Assembly (NCBI GenBank): GCA_963748625.1
Contig: CAVVJT010000007.1
Location: forward strand, 256,001 to 320,000
DNA length: 64,000 nt
Direction of reading: 5' to 3'
Source of the DNA: an uncultured Chloroflexia bacterium
GTDB lineage: Bacteria > Chloroflexota > Limnocylindria > Limnocylindrales > CSP1-4
The notes below the pieces were generated by a model, which saw only the letters and a program-made list of their open reading frames with translations, did no database searches and was not told the origin of the DNA. Both the position numbers and the translations under genes were made by a program. Position 1 is the stretch's first letter; every line of letters begins with the position of its first letter. Shown here one piece after another: positions 21,127 through 29,046 of this stretch.

Positions 21127-21984
21127 ATGGCAGAGGCGTCCGCCCCCAAGCGTTCCAAGACCGCGATCCCGCGCAACCCGGGCCGCCATGACCTGGGCAT
21201 GAAGGCGACGCTCCTGTTCCCGGACAAGGACATCGTGGAGCGGTTCTACGTGCCGCTCGTCTACACGGCCTGCCGGACGTGCTACTCGGAGCTGGAGCCG
21301 CAGGAGATCTTCCGCCGGGCGGTGGCGGGTGAGGTCAACCCCGCGTCAATGCAGCGGCTGATCTCCAACGTGATCGAGTCCGGGCACGGCTCCACCATCG
21401 AGCACATCGTCTTCACGTTCGGCATCTCGGGCGTGTCGCGCACGCTCTCGCACCAGCTGGTGCGCCACCGCGCGGGCGTCGCCTTCGACCAGCAGAGCCA
21501 GCGGTACGTCAACTACAAGGCGGCCGCGACCATGCTCCCGGGCACGATCGCGGATGGGGCGCCGGAGCTGCGCTCGGCCTACGAGGACCAGATGGAGGGG
21601 TCGCTGGGCCTGTACGCCACGCTGGTGGAGGCCGGGATCCCGGGTGAGGACGCACGGTTCGTCTTCCCCAACGCCACCCGAACCAACCTCGTGATGACCA
21701 CGAACCTGCGGGCCCTGATCCACATGTCGGGCCTGCGCCTGTGCACGATGGCCCAGTGGGAGATCCGCCGTCTGTTCCAGCTGATCCGCCACGAAATCTT
21801 CACCGTGTCGCCGTTCCTGGGCTCGTTCCTTGCGCCCAAGTGCGTGCCTCTTGGATACTGCGACGAGTTCAACAACCGCGACGGGCACTGCCCTATCCGC
21901 CCCCACAAGGACGCCGTGCTCGAGGCCTGGGCGCAGAAGCGCGAGGCCGCGAAGACCGCCGGGCGGGACCTGCCAGTCACCTGA
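21127..21984 (+). CDS. thyX: FAD-dependent thymidylate synthase ThyX
   Basis: GHGSTIEH, RHRAGVAFDQQSQRY signature, EDARFVFPNA, RLCTMAQWEIR. Confidence 0.95.
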   Translation: MAEASAPKRSKTAIPRNPGRHDLGMKATLLFPDKDIVERFYVPLVYTACRTCYSELEPQEIFRRAVAGEVNPASMQRLISNVIESGHGSTIEHIVFTFGISGVSRTLSHQLVRHRAGVAFDQQSQRYVNYKAAATMLPGTIADGAPELRSAYEDQMEGSLGLYATLVEAGIPGEDARFVFPNATRTNLVMTTNLRALIHMSGLRLCTMAQWEIRRLFQLIRHEIFTVSPFLGSFLAPKCVPLGYCDEFNNRDGHCPIRPHKDAVLEAWAQKREAAKTAGRDLPVT

Positions 21985-22037
21985 TCGATCGTCAGCACAC
22001 CGCCGGCGACGCGCCGGCCCGAGGGAGGAACCAGCCA

Positions 22038-22271
22038 ATGCCCCAGGCCAAGGACATGTCGAAGTTCGTGGTCGCACTCTTCGTAGCCGCGGTGATCACC
22101 GGCCTCGCCGCCATCCCGGGAACCGCCTGGTCGGGCTTCGTCCACGTGGGCCTGCTGTTCTTCGGCTCGTTCGCGGGCATGCTGCTGCTGATGCACATGC
22201 TGGACAACGCGGCCCAGGACGCGCTCGGCGGGCCGGCCCCGAAGAAGGCGACCGCACACCGGAAGCGCTGA
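22038..22271 (+). CDS. Small two-TM membrane protein, unknown function (77 aa)
   Basis: GGAGG RBS before MPQAKDMSKF; two hydrophobic segments and a basic tail. Confidence 0.7.
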   Translation: MPQAKDMSKFVVALFVAAVITGLAAIPGTAWSGFVHVGLLFFGSFAGMLLLMHMLDNAAQDALGGPAPKKATAHRKR

Positions 22272-22286
22272 CCGTCCAGGCGCACG

Positions 22287-22317
22287 ACGGCCCGGCCTCC
22301 GAGGGATGCCGGGCCGT
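22287..22317. terminator. Hairpin terminator between convergent small genes
   Basis: ACGGCCCGGC...GCCGGGCCGT 10-bp stem followed by TTC. Confidence 0.7.
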
Positions 22318-22358
22318 TTCGATTCCCGTGGCCGGATGCGGGGCGCACCCGCGGGAGG

Positions 22359-22583
22359 CTACTTCTTCGGCGACTCCCGCTTGGGCTTCGCGGTCTTGCC
22401 TGAGGCGGAGGGAGGCGCCGATGGGCCACCCATCACCCGCAGCAGCAGCATCAGGCCGCCGGCGGCAGCCAGGCCGATCACTCCGAACTTGATCGTCTCC
22501 GCCAAGCCCATGGTCATGATGCCCAGGACCGTCATGACCCCTGCGAGGACCGCCATCACGATCAGGCGATTCAGGTACTTCAC
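22359..22583 (-). CDS. Small two-TM membrane protein, unknown function (74 aa)
   Basis: GGAGG RBS, GTG start; two hydrophobic segments and a Lys-rich tail. Confidence 0.7.
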   Translation of the reverse strand: MKYLNRLIVMAVLAGVMTVLGIMTMGLAETIKFGVIGLAAAGGLMLLLRVMGGPSAPPSASGKTAKPKRESPKK

Positions 22584-22631
22584 CGGAGGCCTCCCTCGAC
22601 CAGCCGTCCGGCCGGCGTCTTCGTCATCATG

Positions 22632-23501
22632 TCAGTCGGCCTCGAGGCCGGCGATGAACCGGCGGAGCACCTTCGCGAGCCGCGGCCCAGCAGCGGCACC
22701 CGCCTCGAGGACCTCGTCGTGGGCGAGCGGCACGCCCGAGTACCCGGCGCCGGCGTTCGTCACGAGGGACACGCCCGCCACCTCGAGTCCCACCCAGCGT
22801 GCGGCGATCGCCTCGAGCACGGTGGACATGCCCACGGCATCCGCGCCGAGGGTGCGCGCCATCCGGACCTCGGCCGGGGTCTCGTAGTTCGGCCCGAGGA
22901 AGCCCATGTACACGCCCTCGTCGAGCTCGACGCCCTCGGCATCGCCGGCCGCGCGCAGCGCCGCCCGGTGGGCGGGGGTCCACACGTCCGTGAGGTCAAT
23001 GAACCGCTCGCCGAGCTCGTCGGCGTTCGGGCCCATGAGCGGCGAGATCCCGGTGAAGTTGATGTGGTCGCTGATGACCATGAGCGTCCCCGGCCCATAC
23101 GCGGGGTTCGCGCCGCCAGCCGCGTTGGTCAGGATCACGAGGCTCGCGCCCAGCTGCTTGAACAGCAGGACCGGCTGCACCACCAGGCCCGGGGCGTTCC
23201 CCTCGTACACGTGGAAGCGGCCCTGGAGGACCACCACCGGCACGCCGGCCAGGTGGCCGAGCAGCAGACGGCCCGCGTGGCCCGGCGCCGTGGCCACCGG
23301 CCAGCCGGGCAGCGCCTCGAAGGGGATGGCGACCGGATCATCGATCTCGTCGGCGAGGCTGCCGAGGCCGGAGCCGAGCACGATGCCCACGCGCGGCACG
23401 AGGTCCGTGCGGGCTCGCACAGCGGCCACGAGCTCGGCCAGACGGGCGGGCTGCTCGGACGGGGGGATGGGACGGGAGCGATCGACGGCGGTATCGGTCA
23501 T
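22632..23501 (-). CDS. punA: Purine-nucleoside phosphorylase (trimeric family)
   Basis: IVLGSGLG, GHAG, GRFHVYEG, TNAAGG, GPNYETPAE, VGMST, VTN. Confidence 0.93.
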   Translation of the reverse strand: MTDTAVDRSRPIPPSEQPARLAELVAAVRARTDLVPRVGIVLGSGLGSLADEIDDPVAIPFEALPGWPVATAPGHAGRLLLGHLAGVPVVVLQGRFHVYEGNAPGLVVQPVLLFKQLGASLVILTNAAGGANPAYGPGTLMVISDHINFTGISPLMGPNADELGERFIDLTDVWTPAHRAALRAAGDAEGVELDEGVYMGFLGPNYETPAEVRMARTLGADAVGMSTVLEAIAARWVGLEVAGVSLVTNAGAGYSGVPLAHDEVLEAGAAAGPRLAKVLRRFIAGLEAD

Positions 23502-23593
23502 GGTGGCGAGGATAGGCGAGCCGGGACCGGTTGCGGAGGGGCTGCGCGCACGGGGCGCCGCACAGCGGGCAGGTGGCGCCGCACGGCGGGCAC

Positions 23594-23878
23594 GGGGCCT
23601 TAAACTTCGACGCCCGCCAGGAGTACTGACACCGGGATGCCAGTCGCGTCCTGCCGGGCGCCCAGCCGGCGAGCCCTTTCGGGCCAGCCCGCGCTGGTGA
23701 ACGAAGCGCTCGAAGCTGCCGGGGCACCGGACATGAAGCAAGCTCCCTGTCCCCGGCCTTGATGTGATCGCAGCCGTGGTGCCTGGTGCCGGGCGGTTGA
23801 GGTGATCTCAGCCCGGCCGTCCCGGTTCGGTCTTGAGGCGATCGCCTCCGACCCTGGACTCCGTCGGCCCCTTCGGGC
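23594..23878 (-). ncRNA. Candidate structured non-coding RNA (~285 nt), family not recognised
   Basis: Terminal pairing GGGGCC/GGCCCC and GACG/CGTC; at least five internal helices; GAAA and G(CUUG)C tetraloops; G.U wobbles on the minus strand; own sigma70 promoter. Confidence 0.6.
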
Positions 23879-23885
23879 AGAACGA

Positions 23886-23914
23886 ACGATAGGGCGGACG
23901 GCGGCCTGCTCCAA
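23886..23914 (-). promoter_or_regulatory. Sigma70-type promoter for the candidate ncRNA
   Basis: TTGGAG (23914-23909), 17 nt, TATCGT (23891-23886). Confidence 0.55.
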
Positions 23915-23919
23915 CGAGG

Positions 23920-23994
23920 TTGTCCACGAACTGCACCCCTGGCAGTGGCGATCCATCCACGTGGTTGCCCGCCGTGTGGACAGCCTGTGGACAG
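23920..23994. promoter_or_regulatory. Cluster of DnaA-box-like sequences
   Basis: TTGTCCACG (23920-23928) and two TGTGGACAG (23975-23983, 23986-23994), each one mismatch from TTGTCCACA. Confidence 0.45.
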
Positions 23995-24019
23995 ACGCGG
24001 GCGCCTGTCCGGCGCGCGC

Positions 24020-25096
24020 CTACCCGCCCAGGGCGAACATCTCCACCTTCGGCAGCCGGTCAGTCGCCGCGCTGCGCAACTCGGAGTAGCGGTCCGTGCG
24101 GGTGGCCCAGACAGCGGTCACAAGCGCCGCCAGCTCGTCGTCGGTGGCACCCGCCCGCAGCGGGGCCTTGAGATCGGTCCCGCCGGTCGCGAACAGGCAC
24201 GTGTAGAGGCTGCCCTCCGCTGACAGCCGGGCCCGGGTGCAGTCTCCGCAGAACGGCTGCGACACGGACGCGATGACGCCAACCTCGCCGCGCCCATCAC
24301 GGTAGGCGAACCGGTCGGCAACCTCGCCGCGATAGGACGCGGCGACTGGCTCCAAGGGCATCTCCGCGTCGATCGCGGCCAGGATCTCGTCCATGGGCAC
24401 CACGTCATCGAGGCGCCAGCCGTTGGAGTGGCCCACGTCCATGTACTCGATGAAGCGCAGGGTCACGCCCTCCTCGCGGGCCCAGCGGGCCAGGGGCAGA
24501 ATCGCGTCCTCGTTGAGGTGCCGCCGGATCACCGTGTTGACCTTGACCGGCGCAAGGCCGGCAGACTGAGCCGCGGCGATGCCGTCGAGCACCCGTGCCA
24601 CCGGGAAGTCCACGCCGTTCATCCGTCCGGCCACCTCGTCGTCGAGCGAGTCGAGGCTCACCGTGATGCGCTGCAGACCCGCCTCCGCCAGCGGACCCGC
24701 CAGCTGGCGAAGCGCGGAGCCGTTCGTGGTCAGGGTCAGGTCCACCGGCTCCCCGTCGGTGGTCCGCAGGCCGGCCAGGGACCCGATCAGCACGGGCAGG
24801 TCGCGCCGGACGAGTGGCTCCCCGCCCGTGATCCGCAGCTTGCGCACCCCGAGGCCCGTGAAGACCCCCGCAAGTCGCGTGATCTCCTCGAACGTCAGCA
24901 CCGCCTCGCGCGGCAGGAAGGCGAAGTCCCGTCCGAAGAGCTCGGCCGGCATGCAGTACGGGCACCGGAAGTTGCACCGGTCGGTGACTGAGATCCGCAG
25001 GTCGCGAAGTGCCCGGCCATACCTGTCGGGCAGGCCGGGACGCCCATCGAACGCGGCGTCGGTGGCCTGGGCATCGGGGCGCGGCTGCAGGTGCAC
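24020..25096 (-). CDS. moaA: GTP 3',8-cyclase MoaA (radical SAM)
   Basis: LRISVTDRCNFRCPYC, ITGGEP, TTNG, PFCGDCTRARL...CLF, C-terminal GG. Confidence 0.96.
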   Translation of the reverse strand: MHLQPRPDAQATDAAFDGRPGLPDRYGRALRDLRISVTDRCNFRCPYCMPAELFGRDFAFLPREAVLTFEEITRLAGVFTGLGVRKLRITGGEPLVRRDLPVLIGSLAGLRTTDGEPVDLTLTTNGSALRQLAGPLAEAGLQRITVSLDSLDDEVAGRMNGVDFPVARVLDGIAAAQSAGLAPVKVNTVIRRHLNEDAILPLARWAREEGVTLRFIEYMDVGHSNGWRLDDVVPMDEILAAIDAEMPLEPVAASYRGEVADRFAYRDGRGEVGVIASVSQPFCGDCTRARLSAEGSLYTCLFATGGTDLKAPLRAGATDDELAALVTAVWATRTDRYSELRSAATDRLPKVEMFALGG

Positions 25097-25316
25097 ACGA
25101 CCATGGTAGCCGGACGCCGCCAGGGGCAATGCAGCAGGGTTGGCGCATTCCACGAAGACCCTGCCAGGAGCGCCTTACGGCCCGTGGCCGGTGCGCCGGT
25201 ACCACAGTCACCGCGAACCAGTACCTCTAGCGACTGCTCCGCAGCCCACTCGTCCGCCTATGGTGCGTCTACGCCACGGCCCACCGTGAATCCGCCGAAG
25301 GAAGAGTGCCCAGACC

Positions 25317-27110
25317 ATGTCCTCCACCGAGACTCGATCCGGCTTCCGACTCCCCTGGACCTCCGACCGCGCGCACGACGGCCAGCCTGGCGGTGACCCG
25401 ACGGAGCTCGCGGCGGGACCCGCGCCGGATATGGCCCCGGGTGAGGCTGTCTGGCCTGACATCGACGTCAACGCACGCCTTGACATGCAGACCACCCAGC
25501 CCCGCCCGCATGCGCCCCTGCCCGAGGAGCAGCCGCGGGCCGCTGCAGACCAGCCACCCGAGGATCCCGCGCTCCAGGAGCCCGCTATGCCTGCCATCGC
25601 CCCCGTCCCCCCGGCTCCGGTCGCGCCGAGGAGGCCGTCGAAGCTCATGGCAGACCTCTCCGCCGCCATCCGGGCGACGGCGGACGCAGCCCGCATCGAG
25701 GTGCTGGCCGACAACGATGCCGACGTTGCTGCCGTGGTCGCCGAGATCCGCGCCACGTCCAAGGAGGGCGAGATCGTCCTCAAGCACCGGGCAGACGAGG
25801 ATGTCGCGGAGATCCGCGACTGGTCCAAGGCGGAGATCGCGCGCATCAAGGAGGAGACCGAGGCCCGCATCGAGGCTCGCAAGGCGCAGCTCGGCGACGA
25901 GATCGCCGCCCATGCCGCCGCGATCGAGACCCGTGTGGGCGCCGTCGAGAGCCTGGCCGCCTCCTACCGCAACGAGATGGAGGCCTACGCGGAGCGCCTC
26001 GCGCAGGAGGACGACCCTTCCCGCCTGGCCACGATGGCCGAGTCCATGCCTGACGCACCCGAGCTCGCAGGGATCGTCGCCGCCGACCTGGCCGACCTGC
26101 CGCAGCTGCCGGTCAAGGCCGAAGCCGGCACCGTCGACGTGGAGGCCAGCGCCGGGGAAGCCGACGTCGAAGCCGACGTCGAAGCCGCGGGCGAGGCCGA
26201 CGTCGAAGCCGTCGTCGAAGCCGCGGGCGAGGCCGACGTCGAAGCCGACGTCGAAGCCGCGGGCGAGGCCGACGTCGAGGTCGAAGTGGGAGAGGCACCT
26301 GCCCTCGAGGCTGTCGAATCCGACGTCGAGGCTGACGACGAAGCCGACGTCGTCGCGGCAGTGGCCGCAGCGGCTGAGGCCGTCGACCTCGACACCCCCA
26401 CCCACACCGGGGCCCCGTTCGGCTCCCCCACGCCCTGGGCCGTCGGCGACGAGTACCAGCCGCGCGCGGATCACGGCGCGCGGGGCTCTGACGTCCCGCG
26501 CTGGGCCGCCGGCGAGACCGTGAACGACGTTCCGCAGCCTGTCGACGGCAGCGATCCCGTGGATCGTGGCGCGATCATGGCCGCCCTCGAGGCAGCCGCC
26601 GCCGCGGTCGTTGCTGCCGAGTCTGCAGCTGATTCCGCTGACCAGGCCGAGGCCGCAGCCGACGTCGCCGAGACCGCCGCCGAGCTGGTGGTTGGACGCA
26701 CAGGGAGCGGGGACGACCTCGACCCCGAGGCGCAGGCTGCCCTCTCCGCCCGTGTCGACGCAGGTGGCTTCGACACAGAGTCCTTCACCGACCGCCTCGC
26801 CTCGCTCATGCCCGGTCACGATCCGGCCGTGGACGACGGGTCCGTGCACACCACCCAGGTGATCGTGTCCGGCCTCGTCTCGGTCGCCAGCATCGCCAGC
26901 TTCAAGCGCCATCTCGGGCGCATCGCCGGCGTCGACGGTGTCGCGGTGGCGAGCGGACCCGGGGGCGAGTTCGTCTTCAACGTGACGCATCGGGCCGACG
27001 TCTCCTTCCGGGATGCCCTGCCCACGCTGCCGGGCTTCGCGGCCCGCGTGACCAGCACCGGCGATGGCATCGTCACCGTGATGGCGCGCGATCCGGAAGC
27101 GGAGGGCTGA
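25317..27110 (+). CDS. Large acidic protein: coiled-coil region, long D/E/A-rich disordered linker, small C-terminal alpha/beta domain
   Basis: Codon-biased ORF; helical block KLMADLSAAIR...ERLAQEDDP; repeat EADVEADVEAAG; C-terminus QVIVSGLVSVASIASFKRHL...; ends 5 nt before the ATPase gene. Confidence 0.8.
   Translation: MSSTETRSGFRLPWTSDRAHDGQPGGDPTELAAGPAPDMAPGEAVWPDIDVNARLDMQTTQPRPHAPLPEEQPRAAADQPPEDPALQEPAMPAIAPVPPAPVAPRRPSKLMADLSAAIRATADAARIEVLADNDADVAAVVAEIRATSKEGEIVLKHRADEDVAEIRDWSKAEIARIKEETEARIEARKAQLGDEIAAHAAAIETRVGAVESLAASYRNEMEAYAERLAQEDDPSRLATMAESMPDAPELAGIVAADLADLPQLPVKAEAGTVDVEASAGEADVEADVEAAGEADVEAVVEAAGEADVEADVEAAGEADVEVEVGEAPALEAVESDVEADDEADVVAAVAAAAEAVDLDTPTHTGAPFGSPTPWAVGDEYQPRADHGARGSDVPRWAAGETVNDVPQPVDGSDPVDRGAIMAALEAAAAAVVAAESAADSADQAEAAADVAETAAELVVGRTGSGDDLDPEAQAALSARVDAGGFDTESFTDRLASLMPGHDPAVDDGSVHTTQVIVSGLVSVASIASFKRHLGRIAGVDGVAVASGPGGEFVFNVTHRADVSFRDALPTLPGFAARVTSTGDGIVTVMARDPEAEG
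26157..26279 (+). repeat. Coding tandem repeat, 36-bp unit (EADVEADVEAAG), about 3.5 copies
   Basis: GAAGCCGACGTCGAAGCCGACGTCGAAGCCGCGGGC repeated with few variants. Confidence 0.85.
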
Positions 27111-27115
27111 GTTCC

Positions 27116-28345
27116 ATGGCCACGTCCAAGTCCGGGCCGTCCGTCGCGATCCTGCTGCCCGCCTACGAGGTGGGGCCGGTCGCGACCGAGCTTGCGCATG
27201 GTGGCTTCGATCCGGTGCCGTTCGAGGATGTCCGCGATCTTGCCGCGCTCATCGCTGCCCGCCAGAACGTGGTGGCCGCGGTCCTCGACGCCGACACCGA
27301 CCCCGAGGGCGCCTCGGCAGCCTGGGACCTGCTGCACCGAGACGGGCGCGCGATCCCCTCCCTCATGGTCATCGACCCGGCCACACTCGACCAGTTCGAC
27401 ATGTCGGCGAGCGGGCATGACACCGACGAGTACCTCACGCGGCCGTACTCGGCAGAGTCGATCCGGTGGCGCGTCGAGGCCATGTGCATCCGCTCGGTCG
27501 CCGTCGACGACGGGTCGGGGCCGGTCCTCCAGTCATCCATCGACTCGGGCGACTGGGGCCGCCGCGGTGAGCTCATCGCCGTGTTCAATCCGAAGGGCGG
27601 CGTCGGCAAGACGCTGGTCGCGACGAGCCTCGCTGCCGCGCTGACGGCAGCCGGGAAGCGGGTGCTGCTCATCGATGCCGACACGGTGACCGGCCACGTG
27701 CCCATCTCGCTGGGCATGGACGGTGCACCCACCGTCGTCGACGCCTGGCGCGACGAGCTTGACGGCGGGCCGTCCCTGACCTTCACCGAGATGGCCTCGG
27801 CGCACACGTCCGGACTGCGGATCCTGCCGCTCTCGGACAGCCCGATCCACACCGAGATCCTGGACCCGGACCGCATCTCCTCCGCCATCGCCAGCGCGCG
27901 GCGCAACTTCGACTACGTGATCGCGGACCTGCACCCCTCGTACAGCCCGCTGAACCGCTCGGTCTTCGACAAGGCCGACCGGATCCTGGTCCCGGTGACG
28001 CCGGACCTGCCGGCGATCCGGGCCGTCATGAAGCTGCGCGAGGTGGCGGACGAGCTGGGCATGCGCGACCGCCTCGCGCTCATCGTCAACCGCTTCAACC
28101 ATGGCGTTCCGGTAACCGACATCGAGCATGCCGTGGGGCTCCCCTGCTACGCACAGGTCCGCTCGGCGGGGCCGGTCATCGTCAAGGCCACCAACCAGGG
28201 CCACACCCTCGTTGAGATCGCCCCCAAGGATGCGATCACCGCGGACTTCGCCATCCTCGCCGACCGGATCATGGGACGCGAGGTCGCGAGCGCCGCGAAA
28301 CCCGCCTTCCGGCTCTTCGGCCGGACCGCGGGGGTCAGGGCCTGA
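27116..28345 (+). CDS. MinD/ParA/CpaE-like ATPase with an N-terminal atypical receiver domain
   Basis: AVLD...DEYLTRPY receiver remnant; deviant Walker A PKGGVGKT, VLLIDAD, DYVIADL, LIVNR; C-terminal KPAFRLFGR. Confidence 0.88.
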   Translation: MATSKSGPSVAILLPAYEVGPVATELAHGGFDPVPFEDVRDLAALIAARQNVVAAVLDADTDPEGASAAWDLLHRDGRAIPSLMVIDPATLDQFDMSASGHDTDEYLTRPYSAESIRWRVEAMCIRSVAVDDGSGPVLQSSIDSGDWGRRGELIAVFNPKGGVGKTLVATSLAAALTAAGKRVLLIDADTVTGHVPISLGMDGAPTVVDAWRDELDGGPSLTFTEMASAHTSGLRILPLSDSPIHTEILDPDRISSAIASARRNFDYVIADLHPSYSPLNRSVFDKADRILVPVTPDLPAIRAVMKLREVADELGMRDRLALIVNRFNHGVPVTDIEHAVGLPCYAQVRSAGPVIVKATNQGHTLVEIAPKDAITADFAILADRIMGREVASAAKPAFRLFGRTAGVRA

Positions 28346-28346
28346 C

Positions 28347-29042
28347 CTAGTCGGGTCGCTCCGCCCCGGGGAGCGCCGGGGCTACGACACCCGTGCGCTT
28401 GTCCACCTGCACCACGCCGCGCAGGTAGAACCGGTTCACGAGGATCACGTCCACCTCGGGCTCGCTCACCACGTCCTCGCCGAGGGTGGCCCGTGCGTCG
28501 GTGACGGGCAGGAACATCTCCGTGGACCGGGCGAGCAGGCCCTCCGGCTCCGAGCCTGGGTGCATGAAGACGGTGCCCACCACGCGGAAGGGCGGCACCT
28601 CGAGGGCCACGTCGTACGGCACCTTGTGCACCTTGAGCGCCGCACGCTCGGTCTCGGACAGCGGCGGCAGGCTGTCCTCGCCGGCGGTCACCAGGATCAG
28701 GTCGTACGGGTCCACGCTCTGGAGGCCGGGGGCGGGATCGAGCTTGTCCGCCGCGGGGGCACCCCAGGAGACATCGCCGATCGCGATCGCCTCACGGCGG
28801 TTGAGCGCATCGGACAGGCGCCCGGAGATCTCCATGCGGCCACGCAGGCGCCAGTCCTCGGTCAGTGCCGTGAACGGGACCCCACGTGCCGCACCGGCGT
28901 GGAGGTGGCTGGAATCCACGCGGCCGGCCCCGGAGCGCGCGCCACCACCGCGCGTGGTGCCCTGGCCGGGACCTGCGCCGGTTCCCTGCGGACCTGGCTG
29001 GTCCTGCGCAGGCTGCTTGCGCTTGAGGAAGCCGAACGGCAC
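28347..29042 (-). CDS. Conserved hypothetical protein (DUF6812-like tandem beta domains)
   Basis: LRGRMEISGRLSDALN and VVGTVFMHPG...FLPVTDA...VILVNR; the family call is from memory only. Confidence 0.6.
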   Translation of the reverse strand: MPFGFLKRKQPAQDQPGPQGTGAGPGQGTTRGGGARSGAGRVDSSHLHAGAARGVPFTALTEDWRLRGRMEISGRLSDALNRREAIAIGDVSWGAPAADKLDPAPGLQSVDPYDLILVTAGEDSLPPLSETERAALKVHKVPYDVALEVPPFRVVGTVFMHPGSEPEGLLARSTEMFLPVTDARATLGEDVVSEPEVDVILVNRFYLRGVVQVDKRTGVVAPALPGAERPD

Positions 29043-29046
29043 GCGA

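Noticed and set aside
23594-23878. Purine or Moco riboswitch controlling PNP or moaA
   Set aside because: No aptamer consensus was seen; it lies downstream of moaA, and PNP has its own leaderless-type promoter.
23594-23913. tmRNA on the plus strand (GGGGCC...TTCGAC start, GGGC-GGAC near 23892)
   Set aside because: There is no T-arm (GGTTCRA), no acceptor/CCA end and no tag reading frame; wobble pairs and the promoter point to the minus strand.
23920-23994. Chromosomal oriC
   Set aside because: Only three clear boxes, no AT-rich unwinding element, and no dnaA/dnaN nearby.
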